Positions 37,070 to 47,600 of a stretch of 64,000 bases of DNA are shown here, one piece after another (the stretch's first letter is position 1; every line of letters starts with the position of its first letter). The notes beneath the pieces were generated by a model, which saw only the letters and a program-made list of their open reading frames with translations, searched no databases and was not told the origin of the DNA. This stretch comes from an uncultured virus (IMG/VR IMGVR_UViG_3300009180_000025). Taxonomy: Duplodnaviria; Heunggongvirae; Uroviricota; Caudoviricetes. Location of the stretch: IMG/VR virus record IMGVR_UViG_3300009180_000025; one strand, 5' to 3'. Made by a program: the position numbers and the translations under genes.

Positions 37070-37496
37070 CAACTTTAAATTTTTCAAAATCAATCGCGCT
37101 CTTAATTAAATAACCTCTGTTGCTTATCGATTTAATTATCGCTTCAAGAGTGTCTACTTTCTCTTGTTGAACAGAAATTCTTAGGTTAATCTTAATAACA
37201 TCTTGGTCTGCGTCAAGATACAATGACAGATCAGACTTTAATACTGATAGACGAAATGGCTGCCACCCGTTCGCACGAAGATCTTCTTCAGGCAGGACGC
37301 CACGATAATAGTCGATCTTGAGAAGCTTCAGGGTGTTCTTATCTTCTTCAAGTTTACGCAGCATCAGCCTCTCATCGGAGAACATCCTTAAGTATTTACT
37401 GTGTAATTTTGGGATCTTTAGAGCTTCTTCACCAAGCTCAATACGATTAATGTTGCAGTCTTGCGACCACAACTCATGGATTTCATCCAACTTCAT
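37062..37496 (-). CDS. uvsY: Recombination mediator
   Basis: IPKLHSKY, RGYLIKSAIDF; synteny. Confidence 0.9.
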   Translation of the reverse strand: MKLDEIHELWSQDCNINRIELGEEALKIPKLHSKYLRMFSDERLMLRKLEEDKNTLKLLKIDYYRGVLPEEDLRANGWQPFRLSVLKSDLSLYLDADQDVIKINLRISVQQEKVDTLEAIIKSISNRGYLIKSAIDFEKFKVGG

Positions 37497-37514
37497 ACTA
37501 TACCCTCACAGGTG

Positions 37515-38075
37515 TCAGATAGACACAATCTTCATAATATTAAATTTGAATGCAACTCTCGCCGTAACATAGCTAAGACTTGTATCAGCAGTAGTAAAGT
37601 TTATTTCACTTAAGCTATACGGAAACATATTAGTGAATTGTATTTCAGTAGTAGGAGCCATAGAGCTATTCAGAATAGTTAGAGTTCCATCAGTCACCGA
37701 CCCTTCGCCAGATCCGATAGCAGCGTTCTTCAGCGAAGCGTATTGATCAAAGTTCTCAGGAAATCCGAGTTTCATGATCCATAGGTATATCTCTAAGTAG
37801 TTTGCAAGATTTTCATCGACTTTAAAAGTAAGAGTAAAGTCACCAAAAGTTGGTTTATCGCCTGGAAACTCAATCCTTTTAAAAGGTGATGGTAAATTAA
37901 CATAACCAATTTCGAAAGATGGAATGTTTGCGTCAGTCGCAAAGAAGTTTAAATTTGGAGAACGCTTTAGTTTAAATCTAAACCCAAGCGGCGATAGAAA
38001 GTTCACATCACCAGGTTGCGTAGAAAGCATCCCAGTGTTAGAAGAACTGATTGTAGTTGTTAAGTCTATGGCCAT
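37515..38075 (-). CDS. gp3: Tail completion/sheath stabiliser
   Basis: NFLSPLGFRF, FKVDENLANY, FPYSLS. Confidence 0.9.
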   Translation of the reverse strand: MAIDLTTTISSSNTGMLSTQPGDVNFLSPLGFRFKLKRSPNLNFFATDANIPSFEIGYVNLPSPFKRIEFPGDKPTFGDFTLTFKVDENLANYLEIYLWIMKLGFPENFDQYASLKNAAIGSGEGSVTDGTLTILNSSMAPTTEIQFTNMFPYSLSEINFTTADTSLSYVTARVAFKFNIMKIVSI

Positions 38076-38094
38076 GATTTACCTCTTACTATTA

Positions 38095-38102
38095 TATTTA
38101 TA
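38095..38102 (-). promoter_or_regulatory. Late promoter TATAAATA (gp3)
   Basis: Exact consensus. Confidence 0.8.
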
Positions 38103-38115
38103 AGAGGGGAAAATG

Positions 38116-38487
38116 TTAACCCCTTCGCATCTTAGAAATATCTTCTGCATCCTGAGCACTGAAAACTGGTACCATATTTGACTTGTGCATCGTGGCGATA
38201 CCAATGAGACGAGTGCCAGTATAGACTTTGGGTTCGGGCTTTGGTGTATCTGCACTGTTCATGCCCGCGCTGTTGTACTCGGTTTTATGAGCTTTTAGCA
38301 TACTCGTATATTCGGCAAACCATTCTTTATTAATATTCTTCTTATCAATAGTCTTTCCACGAGTCATCTTGGTGATCCAAGCCTCATGATTTTCTACAGC
38401 TTCTTTAAGCCTAACGGATTTAGAAGGCTTTGTCTTTCTCTTGCTTTGTGTAGTGGTATAGTATACCGGCAACAGATGCATTGTCAC
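38116..38487 (-). CDS. Conserved phage hypothetical protein
   Basis: YTGTRLIGIATMHKSNMVPVF. Confidence 0.7.
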   Translation of the reverse strand: MTMHLLPVYYTTTQSKRKTKPSKSVRLKEAVENHEAWITKMTRGKTIDKKNINKEWFAEYTSMLKAHKTEYNSAGMNSADTPKPEPKVYTGTRLIGIATMHKSNMVPVFSAQDAEDISKMRRG

Positions 38488-38699
38488 TTCTTGATGTCTC
38501 CCATTCCAACACCTTCGCTGTACCCATAACTACCCTGAGCTTCAGCAACATATTCGTAGTCTGTATCGAATTTTTCAAGTGTCTCCATCAATTCATATAG
38601 ACTCATAGAGTTAATGTGTTCTTTAAAAGCTTCGTGGTGTAGGTCAACTGGCGCTTGCCATTCATACCACCAATTACGATATCTTACATAGTTGTTCAT
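38484..38699 (-). CDS. Hypothetical protein
   Basis: Coupled ORF. Confidence 0.55.
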   Translation of the reverse strand: MNNYVRYRNWWYEWQAPVDLHHEAFKEHINSMSLYELMETLEKFDTDYEYVAEAQGSYGYSEGVGMGDIKK

Positions 38700-38872
38700 T
38701 TTTTATACCACCTTACACCAAAAAAGAATTCCTGCATTTTTCTATTGAACCATTTTGGTTCTCTATCTTTAGGCGGTCTGTACGTCACCGAACCCATAGG
38801 TTTAGATGGATCGCCGCTGAGATAACAGACCCAATCTGAGAGCGGTTGTGGAGTACTTACCTCATATTCCAT
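38696..38872 (-). CDS. Hypothetical protein
   Basis: Start MEYEV with GAGG SD; PKWFNRKMQEFFFG. Confidence 0.55.
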   Translation of the reverse strand: MEYEVSTPQPLSDWVCYLSGDPSKPMGSVTYRPPKDREPKWFNRKMQEFFFGVRWYKK

Positions 38873-39152
38873 TTTCCCTCTCCCATTTCTCCGCTTTACC
38901 CAATAAAAATATAGAATCAATAATCTTCATTGTTATAGCACTAGGACTTTTATCTGTCGGGTCCATAAGAAAATCTAATGCTTCTCTAGTTTGTTTTCGA
39001 AATGTTTTACCTTGTTGTTCTAGCAAAAAGATGTAAAACGCCGCTGTTGCCGGGAGGAACTTATCCATAGGTTTCAGCAACTTATCAGCTCTAGGTTTAA
39101 TCTCATTTAGTATAAACTTAGCGTATTTGCCACTAGTTTCTACGTCAACCAT
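38862..39152 (-). CDS. Hypothetical protein
   Basis: Coupled ORF. Confidence 0.55.
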   Translation of the reverse strand: MVDVETSGKYAKFILNEIKPRADKLLKPMDKFLPATAAFYIFLLEQQGKTFRKQTREALDFLMDPTDKSPSAITMKIIDSIFLLGKAEKWERENGI

Positions 39153-39570
39153 CGATCACTTCCTCAAATTGTCCGTCTTTGACTTTCATGGTCTTGACAG
39201 GAGCGTGAACGTCACCAACAAGTTTAGTATATGAACGACCACCATCAATAGCAGTTCGACCAACTTGACGATAGTCATGACGGTGCTGGGAGTATTCCCA
39301 ACCATCAAGACCTTCGACCATACTGAAAGTAAGATCCTCAATCATGTCACAGTTTGTGATCATAACTTGATGGTCACCATTCCGATAGACGCCAAGGTAA
39401 CGGTTGCCATACTCAGGATGAGGTGTTTCACGATAGAAGATGTCTGCTGCATAATCGGCGTGTTTGTTTGGTGCAGAAGTACAAACATATTCTAGAGGAA
39501 CCTTATCCTTATTAGAGTAGTGTTCGCTGATGATCATAGTGTTAAAAACTGGACTGTGTTTGATGTTCAT
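39145..39570 (-). CDS. Conserved phage hypothetical protein
   Basis: ETPHPEYGNRY, YSQHRHDY, AIDGGRSY. Confidence 0.7.
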   Translation of the reverse strand: MNIKHSPVFNTMIISEHYSNKDKVPLEYVCTSAPNKHADYAADIFYRETPHPEYGNRYLGVYRNGDHQVMITNCDMIEDLTFSMVEGLDGWEYSQHRHDYRQVGRTAIDGGRSYTKLVGDVHAPVKTMKVKDGQFEEVIDG

Positions 39571-39794
39571 CGCTTTCTCAACTTCTCATAGATATCAAAA
39601 CCAAGTGTTCCAGGAATAGACCAAGAATACTTAGATAATATATCATCTATTTCTTCATTTGTCAACTCTTGAAATAGCGGTTCCCACCTTTTTTCAGGAC
39701 CAACAAACCATCCGCGACTTTCTAGTTCATCAATCAAGTCTTGATCATCGAAATCATCAAGTTCTACATCTACGTCTACGTTAACAGTTGTCAT
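39567..39794 (-). CDS. Hypothetical protein
   Basis: DVELDDFDDQDLIDELESRG. Confidence 0.6.
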   Translation of the reverse strand: MTTVNVDVDVELDDFDDQDLIDELESRGWFVGPEKRWEPLFQELTNEEIDDILSKYSWSIPGTLGFDIYEKLRKR

Positions 39795-40024
39795 TTTATG
39801 GGGTCCTCCACCACATTATCAAAAAATTCAAGTAGGTCCGCCTTGATGTCGGCGATGGGCTCGCTGGTGTCCACAAACCGTCCGTTCGTATCCCACTTTT
39901 CGTTGGTTAATCCACCTTTTAGAACGATCATGATGCCACTAGTCTCATACCACATCTGACCGACTTTAGACATCCGGCGTTTACCAAGCCACTTTTCGAA
40001 GTGAGCAACAGTAATATTAGTCAC
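39791..40024 (-). CDS. Hypothetical protein
   Basis: Probable GTG start with GGGAGG SD. Confidence 0.5.
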   Translation of the reverse strand: MTNITVAHFEKWLGKRRMSKVGQMWYETSGIMIVLKGGLTNEKWDTNGRFVDTSEPIADIKADLLEFFDNVVEDPIK

Positions 40025-40247
40025 GCAAACCCTCCCGTGGTGAATATTCAGCCAATAGATCATTGACCAAAGCAATAGCAATGTCAACAGTCTCTTGCGT
40101 TACGTATCCAAGTTTCTTTTGCATCATTCCAATCGTAATAGCATCTTCAATGTTATCGCGATTAGCTTTACCATTAACTAATGGGTGGTGAAATTCCGAC
40201 TCAAGAATACCAAAGCACAGATCACAAGCGGTCATAGTTTCCAGCAT
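40017..40247 (-). CDS. Hypothetical protein
   Basis: TAATG coupling, GGAGG SD. Confidence 0.55.
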   Translation of the reverse strand: MLETMTACDLCFGILESEFHHPLVNGKANRDNIEDAITIGMMQKKLGYVTQETVDIAIALVNDLLAEYSPREGLRD

Positions 40248-40657
40248 TACAAAAGCTCCTCCATAAGATTTTTTGAAAGTTGACGAATGGATTTTTCGAA
40301 CAGTTGCGCCATAGACAGCGGCAAGTCTTTGAGGAAGCAGATATAGTTACCACCATACATTAAATCAAACTGAGTCAAGTTCAGTGACTCAACGATCCAA
40401 CGAACTGCTACATCTCGAGAAGAAGCCCCAAGATCAAGAGCGTTTGCAACTTCAATCTCGAAAGCATTGATTGCATCAATAGTTCTGTTAGCCTCAAGAT
40501 CCATAGCATAATCGTGAGCTTCACACAGGTGATCCCAGATATGCTGTTTGTCAGCATCAGAAGAATCATTCCAGTTTGCCCAGAAATCTGCAGTGGGACG
40601 AAAGCCGTAGGTATCTTTGTGTAGATCCGAAACGATAGAGCCATCAAACGTGTACAT
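40247..40657 (-). CDS. Conserved phage early protein
   Basis: SDLHKDTYGFRP motif. Confidence 0.7.
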   Translation of the reverse strand: MYTFDGSIVSDLHKDTYGFRPTADFWANWNDSSDADKQHIWDHLCEAHDYAMDLEANRTIDAINAFEIEVANALDLGASSRDVAVRWIVESLNLTQFDLMYGGNYICFLKDLPLSMAQLFEKSIRQLSKNLMEELL

Positions 40658-40685
40658 TGTGTTTCTCCATTTACCTTATATATTC

Positions 40686-40714
40686 AATATATTCTTTTTT
40701 CAAAGAAATGTCAA
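40686..40714 (-). promoter_or_regulatory. Promoter TTGACA-N17-TATATT
   Basis: Read directly. Confidence 0.75.
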
Positions 40715-40775
40715 CTACTTTTTTCACTGTTGAGCAACTTTTTTCTCCGTATCACCTGGGCATTCACTAGACTAT

Positions 40776-40804
40776 ATCTTAACAGAGATCTTAGAAAATG
40801 TCAA
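40776..40804 (-). promoter_or_regulatory. Tandem promoter TTGACA-N17-TAAGAT
   Basis: Read directly. Confidence 0.65.
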
Positions 40805-40837
40805 CTGAAAAGTGTAAACTCCAAGAAAAAAAATAGG

Positions 40838-40865
40838 TTGACAATTTTTATAGACCGTGTATAAT
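40838..40865 (+). promoter_or_regulatory. Orphan plus-strand promoter TTGACA-N16-TATAAT
   Basis: Perfect hexamers; faces the gp23 terminator. Confidence 0.7.
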
Positions 40866-40925
40866 AGTATTATGTTGATAAAAATGGATAATCAATTATA
40901 TATTGTAGATTGTAAATTAAACAAC

Positions 40926-40962
40926 AAAAAAGGGGATCCTTTCGGATCCCCTTAGTTTATTT
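40926..40962. terminator. Terminator downstream of gp23 (probably bidirectional)
   Basis: AAGGGGATCC-TTTC-GGATCCCCTT flanked by an A-run and a T-rich tract. Confidence 0.85.
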
Positions 40963-40983
40963 TGTAGTTTCTTCTGCTTGTTA

Positions 40984-42360
40984 TTAGAGCAGGTTGGTAA
41001 CCAAAACACGACGATAGTAAACGTTCGTATCTTCTTCAAGAGCAGCAGTTGCCGAAGCAGCGGTTGCACCTTTTGCGAAGGGGTTAGGAACGATACCATA
41101 GCGAGTCTTAAAGCCAATTTTCGGCTGGAAGGTATCTTGACCAACCGCACGAACCATCTGTAGAGGAACGTAGGGGCAATAGAAGAGACCAGCGTCGAAT
41201 ACGTTGGCACCTTTATAACCAATGGTCATGTAGTTACCGGAAGTATAGGGGTCGATGTAAACACGATAGCGGCCATTCAACACACCAGCAAAGGTGTTAC
41301 CAGTATCGTCAACCTGCAGATTGTTTGAATTCAAAGCAGGAGTGTAGTCAAGAACACCAGCCATCTGAAGAGCCGAAGCAACGTCAGAAGAGCAGATGAT
41401 CACGTTACCTTTACCCCGACGAGTATCTTTAGCAATCTGGTTAGCTTCACGTTCAATCTGGAACATCAGACCTTTGAACTTTTCAACCGACCAACGGCCG
41501 TTTGAGTCGGTGTCGAGGTCGAAGATACCTTGAGTAGTTGTACCTGTGTTGGCACCACGAACAGCAGTGATGTTGATCGAACGAACAACTTCACGGTTGA
41601 TTTCAGCAAGGATTTCAGATTGCAGAATCGAAGCCAATTCAGTTTCAGCGTCGAGGCCATGAACCGCCTTAAGGTCTTGGGCGAGTTCCATGGTGTATTC
41701 AGCTTTCAGAGCGCGCGATTTAGCAGTAACAGTCTGCTTATCGATCGAGAAAGCCATTTCAGCAAAAGCCACGTTCGATGTTGAACCAAGTGCTTCGAGC
41801 TGTTGAGTGTTTGCACCACCAGCAAAGTTATAGATGTTGCTGTTAGCCAGAACTGTCGTTTGAGAAGTTGAACCAGGTGAAGTACCAACCGACTTGTTAC
41901 CGATAGTGTTAGCTTGCGAGATGCCAGGCGAAGCAAACTCGGTGTTAGCTTCGTTATACAGCGCTTCCGCAGTAGTACGAGCAGTCGAGTTAGCGTAGTT
42001 AGCACGCATTGCGAAGATCAAACCAGTAGGACCGGTCATTGGCTGAACGCCGCAGATATCGTATGCAATCAGGTTAGGCATTGCACGACGAACCAACGAG
42101 ATCAAGATAGGATCGTAACCAGCAACCCCAGTACCACCGGCGCCAGCATAACCACCAGTACCACCGGCGTTTGCTGGTGAGACTTCGAACAGAGATTGTG
42201 GGTTAAAGTTTGCTTGTTCTCTGATCGCGATCTCGGTATTCTCGAGGATCTGAGCAGTAACTCTCCGGCGGTGTGCGTCCTTAATAGATGGAAGATCGCC
42301 ATGCTCAAGCACGGGCTTCCACTTTTGGAGCAAGTCTTCTCTAATGCTAAAGGTTTCCAT
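40984..42360 (-). CDS. gp23: Major capsid protein
   Basis: LVRRAMPNLIAYDICGVQPM.GPTG, ELAQDLKAVHG, GFKTRYG. Confidence 0.99.
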   Translation of the reverse strand: METFSIREDLLQKWKPVLEHGDLPSIKDAHRRRVTAQILENTEIAIREQANFNPQSLFEVSPANAGGTGGYAGAGGTGVAGYDPILISLVRRAMPNLIAYDICGVQPMTGPTGLIFAMRANYANSTARTTAEALYNEANTEFASPGISQANTIGNKSVGTSPGSTSQTTVLANSNIYNFAGGANTQQLEALGSTSNVAFAEMAFSIDKQTVTAKSRALKAEYTMELAQDLKAVHGLDAETELASILQSEILAEINREVVRSINITAVRGANTGTTTQGIFDLDTDSNGRWSVEKFKGLMFQIEREANQIAKDTRRGKGNVIICSSDVASALQMAGVLDYTPALNSNNLQVDDTGNTFAGVLNGRYRVYIDPYTSGNYMTIGYKGANVFDAGLFYCPYVPLQMVRAVGQDTFQPKIGFKTRYGIVPNPFAKGATAASATAALEEDTNVYYRRVLVTNLL

Positions 42361-42403
42361 TTGTTTTCTCCTTTTGAGGTTTTACTAGATTATTTATTTA
42401 AAA

Positions 42404-43462
42404 CTACTTCTTAATACTTCTGGAAAGCGACTGAACATAAACTTTCATATCAGGGTCAACGTATTCAGCTTTAGCAGGCTCATCTACTGACTCACTAATA
42501 AGTTGGTCGGCATTCACTTTCACGTCGCTCTTTGTAAAATAAGTTTCTTTGATGATGTTTGCTTTTTTATTGAATTCTTCAACAGAAGAATAATCTACAG
42601 CTTCAATCAACTTTGTAAACTTTTCTTTTTGAGTGTCTGTCAAGTTTTCAGCAAGTTTAGATGCAGACTCAGACACTTCTTTTTGAGAAACGATCTTAGT
42701 GAGTTCGATATTCTTTTCAGTCGTCTCATTGATATAATCTCTGAGCTCTTCAATTTCCGTCATGAGAGATTCAACAACACCAACTTCTTCGTCGGGGATA
42801 TCAATATAATGTTCTGTAAAGAGGTTGTGAAGACCGTTGAAGAATGATTCAGCCATATCGATCTTGATGTTGCTTTGAACAGCAAGTTTGTTTTGATCCA
42901 TCCATTCAGCAACTGCGTAGTTCAAGTATGCGTCAATGTTCTCTTCCATCTCTTCTTGGAGAGCTTCGAGAGCTTCTTCGGCTTCAGCTGCAACTTCTTC
43001 TTCGATACGAACTCTTTCAATATCGACACGAGTCATTACAGCTGCTTCAAACAAAGTAGAAACTTTGTCTTTGAATTCTTCCGAAAGGTCGAGAGAATTA
43101 CCAAACACTAAAGCAAGATCTTCTTTGACTGCTGAAGGAAGACCTTTATTTGGTTCACCTGGTGCGCTCGCAGATTTGATAGATGCTTTGTTACTGGCTG
43201 AATTATCAGAAGTACCTAACGCGCTATCCATTTGAGCATTAACGTCATTGGGGGAAGTCATTTCTTCAGCCGCGCCAATACGAGAAACGAAGTCAGCCAA
43301 TTCTTCAGGCCCAAGCTTAGTAGCATAAGAAACCATGTTTCTAATTAGATCTGAACGAGAGACGGTTGGATTGCCCGCAATCGTACTTGCATTTGAAGTT
43401 TCTTCTTCGACTATTTCCGAGTCGTCAAAGATCTCTTCACGGTTATTGTAGTTCTCAGACAT
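42404..43462 (-). CDS. gp22: Prohead core scaffold
   Basis: LSEEFKDK...FEAAV, YLNY...EW; acidic coiled coil. Confidence 0.92.
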   Translation of the reverse strand: MSENYNNREEIFDDSEIVEEETSNASTIAGNPTVSRSDLIRNMVSYATKLGPEELADFVSRIGAAEEMTSPNDVNAQMDSALGTSDNSASNKASIKSASAPGEPNKGLPSAVKEDLALVFGNSLDLSEEFKDKVSTLFEAAVMTRVDIERVRIEEEVAAEAEEALEALQEEMEENIDAYLNYAVAEWMDQNKLAVQSNIKIDMAESFFNGLHNLFTEHYIDIPDEEVGVVESLMTEIEELRDYINETTEKNIELTKIVSQKEVSESASKLAENLTDTQKEKFTKLIEAVDYSSVEEFNKKANIIKETYFTKSDVKVNADQLISESVDEPAKAEYVDPDMKVYVQSLSRSIKK

Positions 43463-43486
43463 TGTGATACTCCTATTTTTCTTAAG

Positions 43487-43494
43487 TATTTATA
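43487..43494 (-). promoter_or_regulatory. Late promoter TATAAATA (gp22)
   Basis: Exact consensus. Confidence 0.8.
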
Positions 43495-43498
43495 AAAT

Positions 43499-44158
43499 TC
43501 AGAGATTTGAAACGAAATGCTTGAAGATTCGAAGTTTAGCTTCTTCTAGCTCTTTTTTGTTCACCTTCCTGGCGGACTCTTCAATCTTCTTCTTTGCTTG
43601 TTCAAGCTCCTGGGCTTTTAGTAAACCATTGTCCCAGACCCAATCGATACCTTCCATGATGCCATTAACGAAAGCATTTGGCGCAGATGGATCTGCAACA
43701 ATATCAGCAGCCGTAGCCAAATAGAAGTCATCTTGAACTATTTGAATTCCGTTAACTTCTTTTAGCGATCCCATACCACGTGTTGAGACACCTAGTTGAA
43801 CCCCAGACTCAATAAGATTTCTGGCAATCTCACCCATCGGTGTAGAAAGAATTTGTGCTTTACCAATAAAGTCGTTACCTTCAGGAATAAGAGAAACGAT
43901 TTTATGAGAAACACGATCTAAGTTTATCGATGGACTTTCGGGGTGACCAAGTTCACCGAGAGCTCTACCTTTAAGAACATATTCTTCGTTATATCTTTTT
44001 ACTTCTTTAGCAACAGACTCATTTCGATACATACGACCATTACGATTCTTCACTTCAGTCTGAATAAATGGACCATGGATGTAGAGGTTCTTTTTCCCTT
44101 CTACACCTTCTTCGGTGATGATCTTTATTGATTCGTTAAGTTCTGCCATGAGTTTCAT
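43499..44158 (-). CDS. gp21: Prohead protease
   Basis: NRNGRMY, GELGHP, GVSTRGMGS, DIVADPSAP. Confidence 0.97.
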   Translation of the reverse strand: MKLMAELNESIKIITEEGVEGKKNLYIHGPFIQTEVKNRNGRMYRNESVAKEVKRYNEEYVLKGRALGELGHPESPSINLDRVSHKIVSLIPEGNDFIGKAQILSTPMGEIARNLIESGVQLGVSTRGMGSLKEVNGIQIVQDDFYLATAADIVADPSAPNAFVNGIMEGIDWVWDNGLLKAQELEQAKKKIEESARKVNKKELEEAKLRIFKHFVSNL

Positions 44159-44168
44159 TTTAGTTTCC

Positions 44169-44699
44169 TTAGTTCGTGTACGCGACTGCTACGGCTTTTA
44201 CGTTTGTTCCAACGTCGGTGCCAAGCAATGTATCATACGCCGTGTATTTTTCAAGAACTATAGTTTGACCACCAATTAGTGTGATCGTATAATTTGTTCT
44301 AGTTAAGTTCTGACCAGATTCTGTAACACTCTTAGTTATGTTAACATTTGCACCACCGAGTGATGCAGATAACTGAATACCAGAAGTATTAGCAATTGGT
44401 CCAACGTAGTAAGTAGTATTGTTTGCAAGACCGGTAATTGCGGTGTTACCGGTCGATGTTGTGTAAAGAACCACGTCACCAACTTTAAAATAGTGATTCG
44501 TCAAAGTAATAAAATCATTAGTAGAATCAATATCTGTGTTAGAGTTGAAAGTAACCGCAGTTCTACACGTGATCGTGTTTGATACTGTTGCCGCAGCACC
44601 AGTATGTACTAAACGAATGAGACGCGAAGATGTGCTCACGGCTGTAGCCAGAGCATTAACTGACGTTTCAGTTCCGATTGGTTTGAATACTTCAGCCAT
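44169..44699 (-). CDS. Putative virion protein with an inserted beta-rich domain
   Basis: Head-module position; NHYFKVGDVVLY...GL..NTTYYV...IQLS. Confidence 0.6.
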   Translation of the reverse strand: MAEVFKPIGTETSVNALATAVSTSSRLIRLVHTGAAATVSNTITCRTAVTFNSNTDIDSTNDFITLTNHYFKVGDVVLYTTSTGNTAITGLANNTTYYVGPIANTSGIQLSASLGGANVNITKSVTESGQNLTRTNYTITLIGGQTIVLEKYTAYDTLLGTDVGTNVKAVAVAYTN

Positions 44700-47600
44700 T
44701 ATAGTTCTTGCTCCCTAGCGAAGTCCAAAAGATTCTCGATGCCATCGTCGGTATCAAGCATTGCTTCAAACTTCTCTTTATTCTGTTCAGATAAACTGTC
44801 GTATAGTTTATTTAACAAAATTTCTTCAGCAATATCCGGATGAGTTTGGGTATCTCCACCGATTGGTTTATTGCCCTGAGTAGGAGGAAGTTTGATTTTT
44901 TGTTTAGAAGCAAGTGGATCAGATTGCATCTTATCAATGCTATCCTGTTGCATGTTCCTATTTCCAACAGCCCCAAATTGAGTCTGAGTAGCTGCAGCTT
45001 TAGCAACATTCTCTGGAGTCATCTCTTCGGCTTCCTGTACTTTCTTCTTTCTCAGAAGCTTAAAGTCTTGACTATCGATCTTGCCATTTTTATTAGCATC
45101 GATCTTATGTTGATTTCCTTTAAGTCCTTCAGAAGATACGTCAATCTGTTTACGGGCTGGAGTGAAGTATCTGACTTTTGGTTTACCATCTGAACCAGTA
45201 ACCACGATAGCCTTTTTAGGGCGCATTCCTGATTCGCGTGTTTCTAAATCGGCTTCTTCTTTCATGCCGGCAAGAGAAACTTTTGAACGAGCCTTAACTG
45301 GCGCTGGTTTGCCATACTTAACTACATGCATAAAATCTTCATGCGATCGGCCAAGCGCGTTTTGCACATTTTCTTTAGCGCCTTTAGCAATTGGCGTATT
45401 TGCATGCACTTGAAGAGCTTTTACAACGTTGTTATGGTGTACTAAATGTTTTTTTCCATTTTCAAAAGTTAGCTTGTGCATACTATCAACTGGTACTTTA
45501 CGCATCTGGTTGATTATATTCTTGCTAGCTGCGCGTTCCATTTCATCATCATCTTCATTGTCGTCACTTTTCTTCTCAACTACGTATTCTTCACCCATAC
45601 GGTTCATAAAGTTTCCGTAGTTTGAAGCCATCTGACCCGATTGAGAATATTCTGATTCTTCTGGAGTCTTATGTTCACCGCTATAAGTCATATAGTCATA
45701 AACGCCATCAATTTGAACTTTGGCGTAGGAGATCTTTGACTGAACCCAGGCTTCAAGGTCATCTGAATCGCTAATCATCGAAATCAGTTTACTAGCTTTA
45801 TCTCTAATAGCTGACAACTCTGTCTTAGCCATCAGACCTTCAAAGTCATCTTCTGCTGAGCTTTCTGCATCATAAGCTTCATTACGCTGCATTGCGTAAT
45901 AGGCACCCATAGCTTGCTTCATACGTTCTTTTTTAGACTTACCAGCAAACTTAGGATTCTTACTGTGAACGAAGTCGGAAATAACGTCTCCCATAGAAGT
46001 CTTCTTGGTGATTACTTCGTCAAGTTCAACTGATTCGGTAGTTGGAATATTTGTTATACCGTGCTTTTTCCAATCTGGATGACCAGACTTTGTAAAATGT
46101 TTAACATTTGGAAATGCTTTCATAGTCTTCTTTTTTGTCTCTTCATAATCACTTTCCATTTCTTCTTTTTTCATAGAAGAACCGCGCTTAACTTTATTCA
46201 CATATTCCGAACTATCTTTGCCGTAGCCATGTCTTTGCGCCATAGATCTAAGTTCAGTTTCGGGTTTATTACCATGCATTGCAGCAAAGTCTTTATCTGA
46301 CATATTAGAGTATTTTTGCTTTGACTTTATAACTGAAGATGGCATACCAGCTTCATCGAGTTCAATTTCTTCGCTAAATTCATTTGCATCATTAGCTCTA
46401 TCTGCATTTCTGCCAGATGCACCAATTATACCTCTGAGGCGATTCTTTATTTTGCGTTGAACACGCGGATTCGATGTTGCATTGTCATTAGTCGCTTTAT
46501 TAGCAAGTTGACTCGCAGCTTTCTTGGTATATGCATGAAGTAAGTTTGGCGATAATTCGTCAATCTGTTCTACTTCTTCACCTAACGCTTTTGTTGCTTT
46601 TCTTGCGGCGTCAGCATATCTCATATCATTCATAGCCTTACCATGTAGGTCAGCAGCTGCGCGCATCGCTTTTCTTTGTGCAACGGTTAGTCCAGCAGCA
46701 GCGGCTCTGTTAATAAGATCTAGTCTTTCTGCTTTGTGGTCAGTCGGCTTGAGTTCTTCTTTAACCGGCATAGTATTTGCAAGTGACGCTTTGGTTTTTA
46801 CGTAAGCAGGTTCAGTGCGCATGCGGCGATCGTGTTCAACTTTCATTTCTGATTTGCTATAACTGCCATGTGGAAGATTATTCATAATATGAAATTTAAG
46901 CTTTGCACTCGACATATGTCGAATAGAATAAAAGTTGGTGCTTTCTTCAACTTCTTCTTTTGCATGAACTTTTACATTATAATTGCCTCGTATTTTGTCG
47001 ATTGCCATGTCAGCACCCGTTTCACGCTTGTTAGCACGACCCTGAAACGTGCGGCCCGTGTACCGGTCTTTCGCCCCAGCAATTTTTTTCAGATTGGCGC
47101 TAGCATCTTTTGTAGCCCTGCTAGCATAACGACCAAGAAGTTCTGGTGACAATTCGTCAAGTGGTTCGACTTCTTCTTTATTTAAAGTATTGAATGCATT
47201 TGATTTTACACGATTAATGTCTGCTTTACTAATCATACCTTTGCGTTTACCCATTGAATTAATGCTGGATTTTGCACGATTATTAATCGAACCATCTGAA
47301 GGTTCAGTATCTGCAGTTGATTTTAGTCTGCCTGTTGATCTAGGATTTTCATGGTGATAATCATAATCAGCCATTCCTAAATCTTTATCTGGATCAGTAA
47401 TTTTTTTCGCTGCTGAAGATGATCTCCATTTAGCTTTTTCGTCAAGTTGATTAGCTTCTTCTTTGCGCATGGCATCAGCAGTCTTCTTTGCAATAGCAAT
47501 TTTATTTGCAATGCGATCTTTCAAAAGATTTGAAGAAGTTTTAGGCTGGTGATATTTACCGTCATCGTCGCGATAGCCGCCCTTAATGACTTTTTCTTCT

